A stretch of DNA of 64,000 nucleotides from Geopsychrobacteraceae bacterium (lineage in GTDB: Bacteria > Desulfobacterota > Desulfuromonadia > Desulfuromonadales > Geopsychrobacteraceae). Numbering within the stretch: position 1 is the first letter of the stretch; every line of letters begins with the position of its first letter. Below, piece by piece: positions 49,863 through 59,044 of the stretch. The notes beneath the pieces were generated by a model. It had not been told where the DNA came from. It ran no database searches and saw only the letters and a list, made by a program, of their open reading frames with translations. The stretch is from contig OY759353.1 of assembly GCA_963662315.1 (NCBI GenBank), forward strand, positions 640,001 to 704,000. The letters run 5' to 3'. A program made the translations under genes and the position numbers.

Positions 49863-52034
49863 ATGGACCTGTTTTCCCAAACCTCTTCGCCTGTTGCAGA
49901 ACCCCTCGCCTCGCGGATGCGCCCCCGGACTCTGGATGAATATGTCGGACAGGATCATATCCTTGGTGAGGGGCGCTTGTTGCGGCGTGCGATCCGCGCC
50001 GACCAGCTTTCTTCTCTGATTTTCTACGGTCCGCCGGGCACTGGCAAGACAACCCTAGCCAGGGTTATTGCCAATAGTACGTCCAGCCGTTTTGTCTCCA
50101 TGAACGCCGTTTTAAGCGGGGTTAAAGAATTACGTGAAGCAATTGATGAAGCCCGGGAAGCACAGGATCTGTATTCACGCCGCACCATCCTGTTTGTTGA
50201 CGAAGTCCATCGCTGGAATAAGTCCCAACAGGACGCGCTGTTACCATGGGTGGAGCAGGGGACTATCGTCCTGATCGGAGCGACCACTGAAAATCCCTAT
50301 TTTGAGGTTAATAAAGCGCTGGTCAGCCGCAGTCGGGTGTTCCAGTTAAAAGGCCTGACTGAAGACGATTTGCGCCAGATTGTTGTTCAGACTTTAAATG
50401 ATAATGTGCGCGGCTATGGCAACTGGCAGGTTGAATTTGATGCTGACGCCCTCGATCATCTGGTCAGGGTTGCTGGCGGTGATGCCCGCTCCTTGCTAAA
50501 TGCTCTGCAATTGGCTATTGAGACAACTCCGGATCATTTTCCGCCCGCTCCCGGTACTCGTATTCATATTACCCTCGCCGCAGCCGAAGAGAGCATTCAG
50601 CAAAAAGCAGTTCTCTATGATAAGGAAGGTGATTATCATTTTGATACCATCAGCGCTTTTATCAAGTCATTAAGAGGCTCTGACCCCGATGCGGCCCTCT
50701 ATTGGATGGCGCGCATGGTCAGGGCAGGGGAGGATCCGCGCTATATTTTCCGGCGTATGCTTATTTCAGCCTGTGAAGATGTCGGCATGGCGGACCCTTA
50801 CGCTCTTGGTGTTGTCGAGGCGGCTGCAGCCGCTTATGACCGGGTTGGTCTTCCCGAAGGACATTATCATCTGGCTCACGCGACCCTGTACCTGGCCACC
50901 TGTCCTAAATCAAATTCAGCGTTAGCTTTTTTTGATGCCCTGGACAGCGTCGCCAAGGAAGATGTCCAAATTCCCAATCATTTGCGTGATTCAAGTCGCG
51001 ATAAGCATAGCTTCGGTCATGGCAAAGGCTATCGCTATCCCCACGCTTTTCGTGAACACTGGGTGGCCCAGCAATATTTGCCTGAAGCACTGAAAGGGCG
51101 CATTTTTTATCAACCTACCGCTCAGGGATACGAAGGGACGATCCAGCATCAGGTCCTTCGCCAACGTGAAGAGCAACTTGACCGCATGCTTGAAGAAGAG
51201 CCTGAAACGTTAACCTTCAGTCCCGGGGATAAAGAGCGCGAGCGCTGGATTCGCCGGGTTCAGGGGAATTCTGCTACGCGTAAAAAATTACTTGAAAGGA
51301 TTCTTTCAGGTCTACAGGTACGCCGCAATGATCGCATCCTTCTCGCACCATTGCGCTGGAACCAGTTATTCTGGGAATTGTTCCGTTTGGTCCCTGAAGG
51401 TGGCTTGACTGCCCTGGTTGAGCGACAGGAATTCAGGCAGCTGGTCGAATTTTCCATGGAAAGCCTGCCTGAAGCTGAAAGGCCTCAACTGATCGATGCG
51501 AGTCTTAAGGTCCCTAAATGGTTAGAAGATCCACAATGGCAGGGACATTTCTGGGAACATATTATCGTAGATGGTGCTTTGGAGCAGGTAATAACGAGCA
51601 TCGAAACCCTCGGTGAACGTATCATTACCGGAGGGACCCTGACGCTTTGCCAGCCCTTGCCAGGAGTTGGCAGTCGCCTGAGTGATTTGTTAGCAGAACG
51701 TCTTGAGGATAGTCTTTATGCTCAGGTTAAAGCTGGAGAGCAGCGATTCTATACAGAAAAGGTTGTCTTGCCAAAACCGGAGGATGTCGCTGCGCTCAAT
51801 CATTTCGAGGTGGTGGAATGGGATCATTTTGTTACCGCTGAGTCCATAGCGATCACTGAAGCATGGTTAGCACCGTGGTTGAAAGGATCTGAGGGCAGTT
51901 GGCTCTTCTACGTTGGTCAAAAACTGACTCGTGCTGACCAGACAATCGTACAGGCTCAATTGAAGGCTGAATTATTGACCAAAAAATGGGATTGGCAACG
52001 GGCCTGGTTGCTTTGTCGTTTACGGAAAGTGTAA
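49863..52034 (+). CDS. rarA: Replication-associated recombination AAA+ ATPase RarA/MgsA with C-terminal extension
   Basis: PLASRMRP, GPPGTGKTT, DEVHR, ATTENP, SAFIKSLRGSDPDAALYW and QQYLP. Confidence 0.93.
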   Translation: MDLFSQTSSPVAEPLASRMRPRTLDEYVGQDHILGEGRLLRRAIRADQLSSLIFYGPPGTGKTTLARVIANSTSSRFVSMNAVLSGVKELREAIDEAREAQDLYSRRTILFVDEVHRWNKSQQDALLPWVEQGTIVLIGATTENPYFEVNKALVSRSRVFQLKGLTEDDLRQIVVQTLNDNVRGYGNWQVEFDADALDHLVRVAGGDARSLLNALQLAIETTPDHFPPAPGTRIHITLAAAEESIQQKAVLYDKEGDYHFDTISAFIKSLRGSDPDAALYWMARMVRAGEDPRYIFRRMLISACEDVGMADPYALGVVEAAAAAYDRVGLPEGHYHLAHATLYLATCPKSNSALAFFDALDSVAKEDVQIPNHLRDSSRDKHSFGHGKGYRYPHAFREHWVAQQYLPEALKGRIFYQPTAQGYEGTIQHQVLRQREEQLDRMLEEEPETLTFSPGDKERERWIRRVQGNSATRKKLLERILSGLQVRRNDRILLAPLRWNQLFWELFRLVPEGGLTALVERQEFRQLVEFSMESLPEAERPQLIDASLKVPKWLEDPQWQGHFWEHIIVDGALEQVITSIETLGERIITGGTLTLCQPLPGVGSRLSDLLAERLEDSLYAQVKAGEQRFYTEKVVLPKPEDVAALNHFEVVEWDHFVTAESIAITEAWLAPWLKGSEGSWLFYVGQKLTRADQTIVQAQLKAELLTKKWDWQRAWLLCRLRKV

Positions 52035-52075
52035 TTTGATCCTATCCGTCATTTAGCAAGGCAGTGATGTCATCA

Positions 52076-52112
52076 AAACGCCGGCAATTCTTCGCATGAA
52101 TTGCCGGCGTTT
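52076..52112. terminator. Bidirectional terminator between rarA and the rnf operon
   Basis: Perfect stem AAACGCCGGCAATTC/GAATTGCCGGCGTTT. Confidence 0.8.
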
Positions 52113-52131
52113 ATGTTGAAGCTGAAAAAAA

Positions 52132-54261
52132 TCAGGCCGCTTTGGTTTGTTCTTTTTCAACAATACGTGGTTCATTGGGACATGATGTCGCTTTGCGTTG
52201 AGCATCAAGGGGCTGATCATCCTGATCATAACAATAGATGCCACAGTTCAGGCAGCGTTCGGTTTCTGCTCGACATTGCTCTTCTGTTATCGTCCCCTCG
52301 ACCTCGATGAAAGTACCGATACGTTCCTCGACACTGAGCATTGGTTTATGCACACGAGTGGTCTGAGGTTCAACGTTGTGCAGCGAATCGACCAGTGAAG
52401 GTGCAATCATTTCGCGCTGTCTGTCTTCAATGACTGGGATCTCTCCGGTCGTGACATAGTAGTGGATTGAGCGCGCGGCATAACGACCACTGGCTACAGC
52501 ATCAACAAGCAGACGTGGACCGGAAAAACAGTCGCCGCCAGCGAAAACGCCTGGAATATTCGTTTCGAGGGTTTCTTCATTGCCGTCGATTGTGCCAAAG
52601 CGGGTTTTTTCCAGGCCATCCGCTTCGACAATTTTATCAAGGTCTGCAGCCTGGCCAACGGCGAGAATGACCGTATCGCATGGAATGACCCGGACAGTTC
52701 CGTCAACCGGAATACAGTCAGGGGGACCCGCGGGGTTCATTTTCAAGGTCACATCCTGAACCTGGATGCCTGTCAGTTGGCCGTTTTCACCGATGAACTT
52801 CATTGGTGAAACGAGGCAGTGCATTTTGACTCCCTCATTTTCCGCATCCACGATTTCATGGGCATTGGCTTCCATCAGATCGCGTGAGAAGCGGAACAGC
52901 AGGTTGACGCTGTCCGCGTCTGAACGCAGAGCCGAACGGGCACAGTCCATGGCAACGTTGCCAGCACCAATGACAATAACATTTTTTCCTTTGATCAGCT
53001 CTTCGTCAGTGTGGTAACGGCGTAGGTAGTCAATCCCACTACAAACACCGTTAAGATCTTTTCCTTCAAAAGGAAGCATTCGACCAGTCCACAAGCCGAT
53101 GGCCAGATAAACAGCGTCAAAGCCCATTGCTTTTAATGAACGTATAGTGAAGTCTTCGCCAAGTTTGACGCCAGTGTGCGCAGTGACTCCAAGCTCAAGA
53201 ACACCATCAACGTCCCATTTCAACTGCTCTTCGGAGAGGCGATATTCCGGAATCCCGTACAGTGGCATTCCGCCAAGCTTTTCCATCTGTTCAAAGATTT
53301 CAACCTGATGACCAAGGCGACGCAGGTAATACGAGGCAGTCAGCCCCGATGGCCCACCACCGACAACGGCGATTCTTTTACCTGTATCGGCCGCAACTGG
53401 CACCTTAAGGTGCTTTCCGGTGTCACGCTCCCAATCGGCAAGGAAGCGTTTAACCGAATTTATTGCCAATGGGTCGTCATTAATCGTTCTACGGCACTCC
53501 GTCGCACAGAGTTCGGGGCAAACACGGCCGGTCATTGTCGGTAAAGGATTGTTATCCTTGACGGTCAGAAGCGCTGCCGCATATTCACCTTTACGGGCAT
53601 GACCGAGGTATTTGGGAATATTGATCTGGGCCGGACAGCGCTGACGGCAGGGTGACAAACAATTGGTGTACTGGTTCCAATGCAGGATTTTGGTGGTTTC
53701 GCCAACCAATTTAACAATCCCTTTAGGGCAGGTTTCTACACAGGCACCACAGCCGACACATTTTTCCGGATCAAAAATCGGCAAACCGGTCTCTTTACTC
53801 ATTGAGATCGCGCCAAATTTACAGGCCCGTAAACAAGAACCAAGACCAAGGCAGCCATTCTCGCAGCGTACCGGCCCGTGATAGAGTTGTAATGCTGCCC
53901 GGCAGTCTTGTAGCCCGGAATAATGATATTTTTGGGCCGCACGAAATCCCCCTTCGCAACTGGAACAGGCGAGAGTCGGTTCGGCACCGGAAACATCATA
54001 ACCCAGCGCCGCTCCAATTTTTTCGGCAACTTCGGTCCCTCCAACAACACAGGCATTGACAGGGATTTTCCTTTTAACCATCGCTTCGGCCGAAGCACTG
54101 CATCCGGCTTGTCCGCAGCCCCCACAGTTCGCACCGGGCAGCAGATCAGTAACAGCTTCTATACGAGGGTCTTCCTTAACATAAAATACTTTTGCCGCAA
54201 TACCCAAGATAACGGAAGCAACAAAAGCGATACTAACAAGCAGGATTATTGGAGCTAACAC
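52132..54261 (-). CDS. rnfB: RnfB fused to a GltD/NfnB-like FAD/FeS oxidoreductase
   Basis: N-terminal TM, LPGANCGGCG, CLGLGSC and CVGCGAC; then CRQRCP, GRVCPELC, VGGGPSG, YGIPEYRL, IGAGNVAMD and VFAGGD. Confidence 0.9.
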   Translation of the reverse strand: MLAPIILLVSIAFVASVILGIAAKVFYVKEDPRIEAVTDLLPGANCGGCGQAGCSASAEAMVKRKIPVNACVVGGTEVAEKIGAALGYDVSGAEPTLACSSCEGGFRAAQKYHYSGLQDCRAALQLYHGPVRCENGCLGLGSCLRACKFGAISMSKETGLPIFDPEKCVGCGACVETCPKGIVKLVGETTKILHWNQYTNCLSPCRQRCPAQINIPKYLGHARKGEYAAALLTVKDNNPLPTMTGRVCPELCATECRRTINDDPLAINSVKRFLADWERDTGKHLKVPVAADTGKRIAVVGGGPSGLTASYYLRRLGHQVEIFEQMEKLGGMPLYGIPEYRLSEEQLKWDVDGVLELGVTAHTGVKLGEDFTIRSLKAMGFDAVYLAIGLWTGRMLPFEGKDLNGVCSGIDYLRRYHTDEELIKGKNVIVIGAGNVAMDCARSALRSDADSVNLLFRFSRDLMEANAHEIVDAENEGVKMHCLVSPMKFIGENGQLTGIQVQDVTLKMNPAGPPDCIPVDGTVRVIPCDTVILAVGQAADLDKIVEADGLEKTRFGTIDGNEETLETNIPGVFAGGDCFSGPRLLVDAVASGRYAARSIHYYVTTGEIPVIEDRQREMIAPSLVDSLHNVEPQTTRVHKPMLSVEERIGTFIEVEGTITEEQCRAETERCLNCGIYCYDQDDQPLDAQRKATSCPNEPRIVEKEQTKAA

Positions 54262-54285
54262 GATAAATCTCCTTCTTTACCGGCA

Positions 54286-54858
54286 CTAAGCCATGCCTCG
54301 GAAACCAATAAACGCCAAGGCCATAATTCCGGCCGTGATAAGTGCGATGGAGGTTCCCTGTAGGGATTTGGGGACTGCAGAAATCATCAGGCGTTCACGA
54401 ATGCCCGCAAACAAAATTAAAGCCAATCCGTAACCGATGGCACTAAAGGTTGCAAACACCAGCATTTCAAGAAAACCATATTCCTTTTTTGCCACCAGCA
54501 AGGCGACACCCATGACCGCACAGTTGGTCGTAATCAGCGGCAGATAAACACCGAGTGCGTTGTATAACGTACGACTCTGTTTTTTGAGGATGATTTCTAC
54601 CAACTGAACCAGTGAGGCAATAATCAGGATAAAACTCAAGGTCTGCAAATATTCAAGTTCGTATGGTTTAAGGACAAATACTAGTACAGACCAGGTGCAA
54701 ATGGTCGACATGACAATGACGAAAACAACGGCCATGGCCATCCCCAATGCCGTTTCAAGCTTTTTAGAAACGCCAAGGAACGGACAGTTGCCGAGATACT
54801 GGGCCAGAAGAATGTTGTTAACGAAAGTCGAAGAAATCGCCAGAATAAACAAATCCAT
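54286..54858 (-). CDS. rnfA: Rnf subunit A
   Basis: NNILLAQYLGNCPFLG and YLPLITTNCAVMG. Confidence 0.95.
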   Translation of the reverse strand: MDLFILAISSTFVNNILLAQYLGNCPFLGVSKKLETALGMAMAVVFVIVMSTICTWSVLVFVLKPYELEYLQTLSFILIIASLVQLVEIILKKQSRTLYNALGVYLPLITTNCAVMGVALLVAKKEYGFLEMLVFATFSAIGYGLALILFAGIRERLMISAVPKSLQGTSIALITAGIMALAFIGFRGMA

Positions 54859-54870
54859 AATATTAACCTT

Positions 54871-55488
54871 CTATCCCTGAATGAATTTCTCGCCGCGCAG
54901 GCGGGAGTAGAGGTTCTGAAGTGCAAGCAAGGACCCCAGGGTCACAAAAGCCCCTGGTGCGGATACGAAAAACGTCATCGGTTCAAAGGTAGGCCCAAAA
55001 ACAGGCATGCCAAACCAGGTTCCAGCGCCCAAAATCTCACGTACCGAGCCAACCAGAGTTAAGGACATCGCATAGCCGGTGCCGACACTGAACCCGTCAA
55101 TCATAGACAGGAAGGGTGGATTCTTTGCAGCAAAGCCTTCAGCTCGACCAAGGACGATACAATTGACAACAATCAATGGTATGTAGATGCCTAACTGCTG
55201 AGACAATGGAAAAAAATATGCCTTCATCAGAATTTCAACGATCGATACCAGCGTGGCAATAATGACGATGTAAGCGGCAATACGCACCTTCGATGGAATG
55301 ATGTTTCTAAGCGCGGAGATAGCACCATTGGACAGCATAACAACAAAAGCAACACCCAATCCCATACCGAGACCGGTTTCAGCTGACATGGTAACTGCGA
55401 GGGAAGGGCATAAGCCAAGGACTAAACGAAACGGAGGAATCCGTTTCCACCAGCCTGCGGTAAGGGTTTCTAAATAGATATTTGCCAT
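54871..55488 (-). CDS. rnfE: Rnf subunit E
   Basis: LGLCPSLAV, IPLIVVNCIVLGRAE and REILG. Confidence 0.95.
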   Translation of the reverse strand: MANIYLETLTAGWWKRIPPFRLVLGLCPSLAVTMSAETGLGMGLGVAFVVMLSNGAISALRNIIPSKVRIAAYIVIIATLVSIVEILMKAYFFPLSQQLGIYIPLIVVNCIVLGRAEGFAAKNPPFLSMIDGFSVGTGYAMSLTLVGSVREILGAGTWFGMPVFGPTFEPMTFFVSAPGAFVTLGSLLALQNLYSRLRGEKFIQG

Positions 55489-55503
55489 AACCTTATCCTT
55501 CCT

Positions 55504-56094
55504 CTATTGCTTTGCGATCATCTGCAGAATGATATCTTTATTGTCACGTATAAAGGTCATCACGTTATTTGTGCCTTTAACCGCTGCCCGGGATGTCGTT
55601 GACGCGCCACTGATAGAATCAATGGTTCCGCCATCAGCGGTGACAGCAATGGGGGTATCCAGTGACAATCCTTTCCATTGACGACGAAAGCCAGGTTCTT
55701 CAATACGCGCCCCAAGACCTGGCGTATCGCTGTGGCTAACCACCTCCATGCCGGTCTGTTTGCCATTCACAAGATCGATGCCAATCATAATTGTCAGGTC
55801 ACCGCCGAAGCTTTTGGTTGTCGTTTCAACCGCAAGGGTCGTGACCGTATCACCATCTTTAAGATAAAATACCGGAACCTCACTGGTAGGGGTTGTCATT
55901 GTAACCTTATTGCCGAGAACCTCTTTGGCTGGTACGCCAAACAGTCTTTCAAGGGCAGGCCCGCGAACGAACAGATCGGTCTGTTTGTCAACCATTGGTG
56001 TCAACATGACATTGGCTGAAGCCAAGGCTGCGGCGCAGACTCCGGCGATCAGACAAAGGATAATAACCATACGGGTAATTTCAGATGTTTTCAT
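55504..56094 (-). CDS. rnfG: Rnf subunit G
   Basis: N-terminal TM, HSDTPGLG and flavinylation motif DSISGASTTS. Confidence 0.92.
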   Translation of the reverse strand: MKTSEITRMVIILCLIAGVCAAALASANVMLTPMVDKQTDLFVRGPALERLFGVPAKEVLGNKVTMTTPTSEVPVFYLKDGDTVTTLAVETTTKSFGGDLTIMIGIDLVNGKQTGMEVVSHSDTPGLGARIEEPGFRRQWKGLSLDTPIAVTADGGTIDSISGASTTSRAAVKGTNNVMTFIRDNKDIILQMIAKQ

Positions 56095-57082
56095 AATGCC
56101 CTCCCTTGACTTTCGGTTTGATCATATCCATAAGTGGGGCACAGAGATTGGCCAGAAGGACGGCATAGGCGATGCCATCGACATGCATTGAATAGCAACG
56201 TATAAAAATCAACAGAATTCCTGCCAGCAGGCCATATAAAAAGAGTGGCATCTTGTTGACCGGAGATGTTGTATGGTCGGTTATCAGGAACAGTGCCATA
56301 AACACGGTTCCGCCACTAAGAAGGTAAAAGACCGGATAAGCATAGGTTTCCGGATTGGTCATATGTAGCAATGATGCGGTTGCCAGTAGTCCCACCAGAA
56401 ATCCCACTGGTGCTTGCCACTGGATTTCGCGAGTGAAGAGCAGAAACAGCCCGCCAAGGAGAATGAACAGAACCATGCCATTCGCCGTACCTGCCACCTG
56501 ATAGCCAACGAACAAATCACTGAGCTGATATTGGTTCGCGGCAGCAGCGCCGAGAGACTTGACCAGGCGCAGTGGCTCCACCATGGTGACGGTCCAGTCG
56601 AAATCCTTCAGTGCCGCAGTGTAGTCCATGCGGGCGGGCCAAGACAGTTGCAGAATCGCTGTTGCAAGAATCGCTGGTTGAACCGGATAGGCACCAACGC
56701 CGCCAAAAAACTTTTTCCCAATGATAATCATGAAAAAGCACCCGACCATGATCATCCACCAAGAGGTATTCAAGGGAAGCATGAATGCCAACAGCAGGGC
56801 CATACTGACACTTGACCAGTTGGAGGTAAGGTCCCGGGATGGTGCCAGCTTTTCAGCAATGAAATCAAATGCAACAGAAAAACAAACACATAAACCGAAA
56901 ACATACAGGGCGGAGGTGCCAAAATAGTAAATACTGGCAATAATGGCTGGAAGCAGAGCAATCACCCAGCGTTGATAAATACCAGCCAGACCGGTTCCTA
57001 ACCGATAGTGAGGACCGACGGCGACGTCAAGCATATGACTCTCCACCATGACCGGGTTTTGCGGTGATTCAAGTTTATTCAT
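56081..57082 (-). CDS. rnfD: Rnf subunit D (atypical)
   Basis: GPHY, KKFFGGVG..PVQPA, LITDHTTSP and DGIAYAVLLANL. Confidence 0.88.
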   Translation of the reverse strand: MNKLESPQNPVMVESHMLDVAVGPHYRLGTGLAGIYQRWVIALLPAIIASIYYFGTSALYVFGLCVCFSVAFDFIAEKLAPSRDLTSNWSSVSMALLLAFMLPLNTSWWMIMVGCFFMIIIGKKFFGGVGAYPVQPAILATAILQLSWPARMDYTAALKDFDWTVTMVEPLRLVKSLGAAAANQYQLSDLFVGYQVAGTANGMVLFILLGGLFLLFTREIQWQAPVGFLVGLLATASLLHMTNPETYAYPVFYLLSGGTVFMALFLITDHTTSPVNKMPLFLYGLLAGILLIFIRCYSMHVDGIAYAVLLANLCAPLMDMIKPKVKGGHYENI

Positions 57083-58398
57083 GACATTCCTCCGGCGGAC
57101 CAGGTAAATCGCTCGCCATGTACCATGTCGTGGTTACAGAAATTTAACAACTGAACAATGGGGCGTTCTGCCGGGCAACCATAGGCGCATAACCCGCATT
57201 CGTGACAAGCTTCGGGGTGATGTTCACGGGCTGCATCCAGTTGTCCGAATTCGATCATGCGGTTGACCAGATGAACCTGAATATTGACAGGGCAGGCTCT
57301 TGTACAGCGACCGCAGTTAATGCATGGCGCGATGGAATCAAAAGGAGCTACATCTCCGGCAATAAGATGAATACCGTTGTAATAGGTCATTGGCGTCTGG
57401 TCGGAATATTGTGCTACACCTTTCATCGGCCCACCGACGATAGGCCGGGTATAGCCGGAAATACTTAAACCCTGACTTGCCAGGATATGCTTTAGAGAAG
57501 AACCGATCGGAAAACGTACAGTGAAGGGTTTCTCGATATCTGAGCCACTGATAGTCAAATGTTTGTGGGTTAATGCAGATGAGCCATTCAGGGCATCCAC
57601 GATCGCTAGGAGATATTCCAGATCAAGAACAATTATGCCATGCTTGCGATAGCTCTCACGATTGGGAATTCGTGTGCCGAGGATGGTAGCGACAACCTCA
57701 CGCTCGATGCGTCCAAAATAGCTGGCAGGCAAGTAGTGCATTTCTGCCAGATCTCCAAACAGTCCATCCGCCCACGATTGATACGCTTGCGGTGCGGTCA
57801 TACAAACCCGGGCGCCAGGCATCAATGTCGCGACCCGCTTCAACCCCTCAACGACTTTATCGCGTTGCTGATCCATAAGCAGCTGAGAGGTGAATACGGT
57901 ATCTTCCTGACGAATTCCTGAAATGATAACAGTTTTTATACGGGGTAGCTCTTCGATATCTTCGTTTTTCCACTCGCGACCGGATAATGACCATGGTGGA
58001 GCAACACCGGCACTGCGCATGCGTATCATGGCCGCTTCAAGATTGCCGGCGGGAACCGAGGCTGAAAACGCGTCAGGCACCGGATTTTCTGCGGTGTCAA
58101 GGCGATCAATGATAATCGCCGGGGAATGTACAGATTGGGCAGTCCAGACCGTAATAACCCCACGTACTTTACCACTGATGCTGGCAATCACAGCATTCCC
58201 CAGTCTGGATTTGGCGACCGGTTGCCCTTTATGCACAATATCACCAGCAGAAACTACCGGCTGGTAATGAACCTGCCCTGGGTATTCCAAGGGCAGGACT
58301 ATAAAATCAGGATCATCAATCTGGCGTATCTCCGGGTCGTATGACGTGACAGGAGGCAGAGGCGATTTTTTCTTAAATAAATTAAAAATTCCACTCAT
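57079..58398 (-). CDS. rnfC: Rnf subunit C (degenerate flavin/NADH site)
   Basis: GD.V.KGQ..ASISGKV sandwich domain, SLBB GGPMKG, CINCGRCTRACP and CHECGLCAYGCP. Confidence 0.85.
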   Translation of the reverse strand: MSGIFNLFKKKSPLPPVTSYDPEIRQIDDPDFIVLPLEYPGQVHYQPVVSAGDIVHKGQPVAKSRLGNAVIASISGKVRGVITVWTAQSVHSPAIIIDRLDTAENPVPDAFSASVPAGNLEAAMIRMRSAGVAPPWSLSGREWKNEDIEELPRIKTVIISGIRQEDTVFTSQLLMDQQRDKVVEGLKRVATLMPGARVCMTAPQAYQSWADGLFGDLAEMHYLPASYFGRIEREVVATILGTRIPNRESYRKHGIIVLDLEYLLAIVDALNGSSALTHKHLTISGSDIEKPFTVRFPIGSSLKHILASQGLSISGYTRPIVGGPMKGVAQYSDQTPMTYYNGIHLIAGDVAPFDSIAPCINCGRCTRACPVNIQVHLVNRMIEFGQLDAAREHHPEACHECGLCAYGCPAERPIVQLLNFCNHDMVHGERFTWSAGGMS

Positions 58399-58411
58399 GA
58401 GTCAAGCGTCC

Positions 58412-59044
58412 TCAGCGTAAATGACAAGCTCTGCATACTGGCGCGTCTTTCTCGTCAACAAATTTTTCAGGAGCGATAGTTCTGTGACAACCAGTGCAGT
58501 TGGTATGATAGGCTTCAGAAACAGTTACTGGGTTGTGACAACCAAGGCAGCTGTGATCCTCAACCTGAAGATAGTCGTTATGAGCCATCATGCCAGGCTC
58601 GAATGAATCATCATGACACTGCTGACAGGTTTCGGTACGTACTTCACTTTCCTGTTTTTTGGCATGGCAGTCTCGACAGGATGAAGGTTGAGTTTGAGGT
58701 TCCGAAGCCTCGTGGCACCGGGAACAGTCTCTCTGGTGAAAATCCTTGAGCTCAGCATGTTTAAAATCTTCAGCTTTCATGCTCTCGTCATGACAATCGG
58801 TGCAGGTTGTTGCTAACTTTCCAGTGTACAGATCATGGTGACACGTGGCGCAGGCATCAATATTGTCCTGATGAGCCCCATGATCAAAAAGGACTGCTCC
58901 TGCAGAGCTATTAAGATACACACGGTCAGCATTGCTGGTATGTGGTCCGCCTATACAGCCAATTACCGCAGCAGCTGCAGCAATGACGACAACAATTGTC
59001 ATTGATAGGGTCCAGTTTTTGCGCCCCTTGTTATTACCATTCAT
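58412..59044 (-). CDS. Octaheme cytochrome c (c3/DhcA-like), probable lipoprotein
   Basis: Eight CxxCH motifs (CATCH, CTDCH, CSRCH, CRDCH, CQQCH, CLGCH, CTGCH, CRACH), the c3-type VLFDHGAH motif, and lipobox VIGC. Confidence 0.92.
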   Translation of the reverse strand: MNGNNKGRKNWTLSMTIVVVIAAAAAVIGCIGGPHTSNADRVYLNSSAGAVLFDHGAHQDNIDACATCHHDLYTGKLATTCTDCHDESMKAEDFKHAELKDFHQRDCSRCHEASEPQTQPSSCRDCHAKKQESEVRTETCQQCHDDSFEPGMMAHNDYLQVEDHSCLGCHNPVTVSEAYHTNCTGCHRTIAPEKFVDEKDAPVCRACHLR

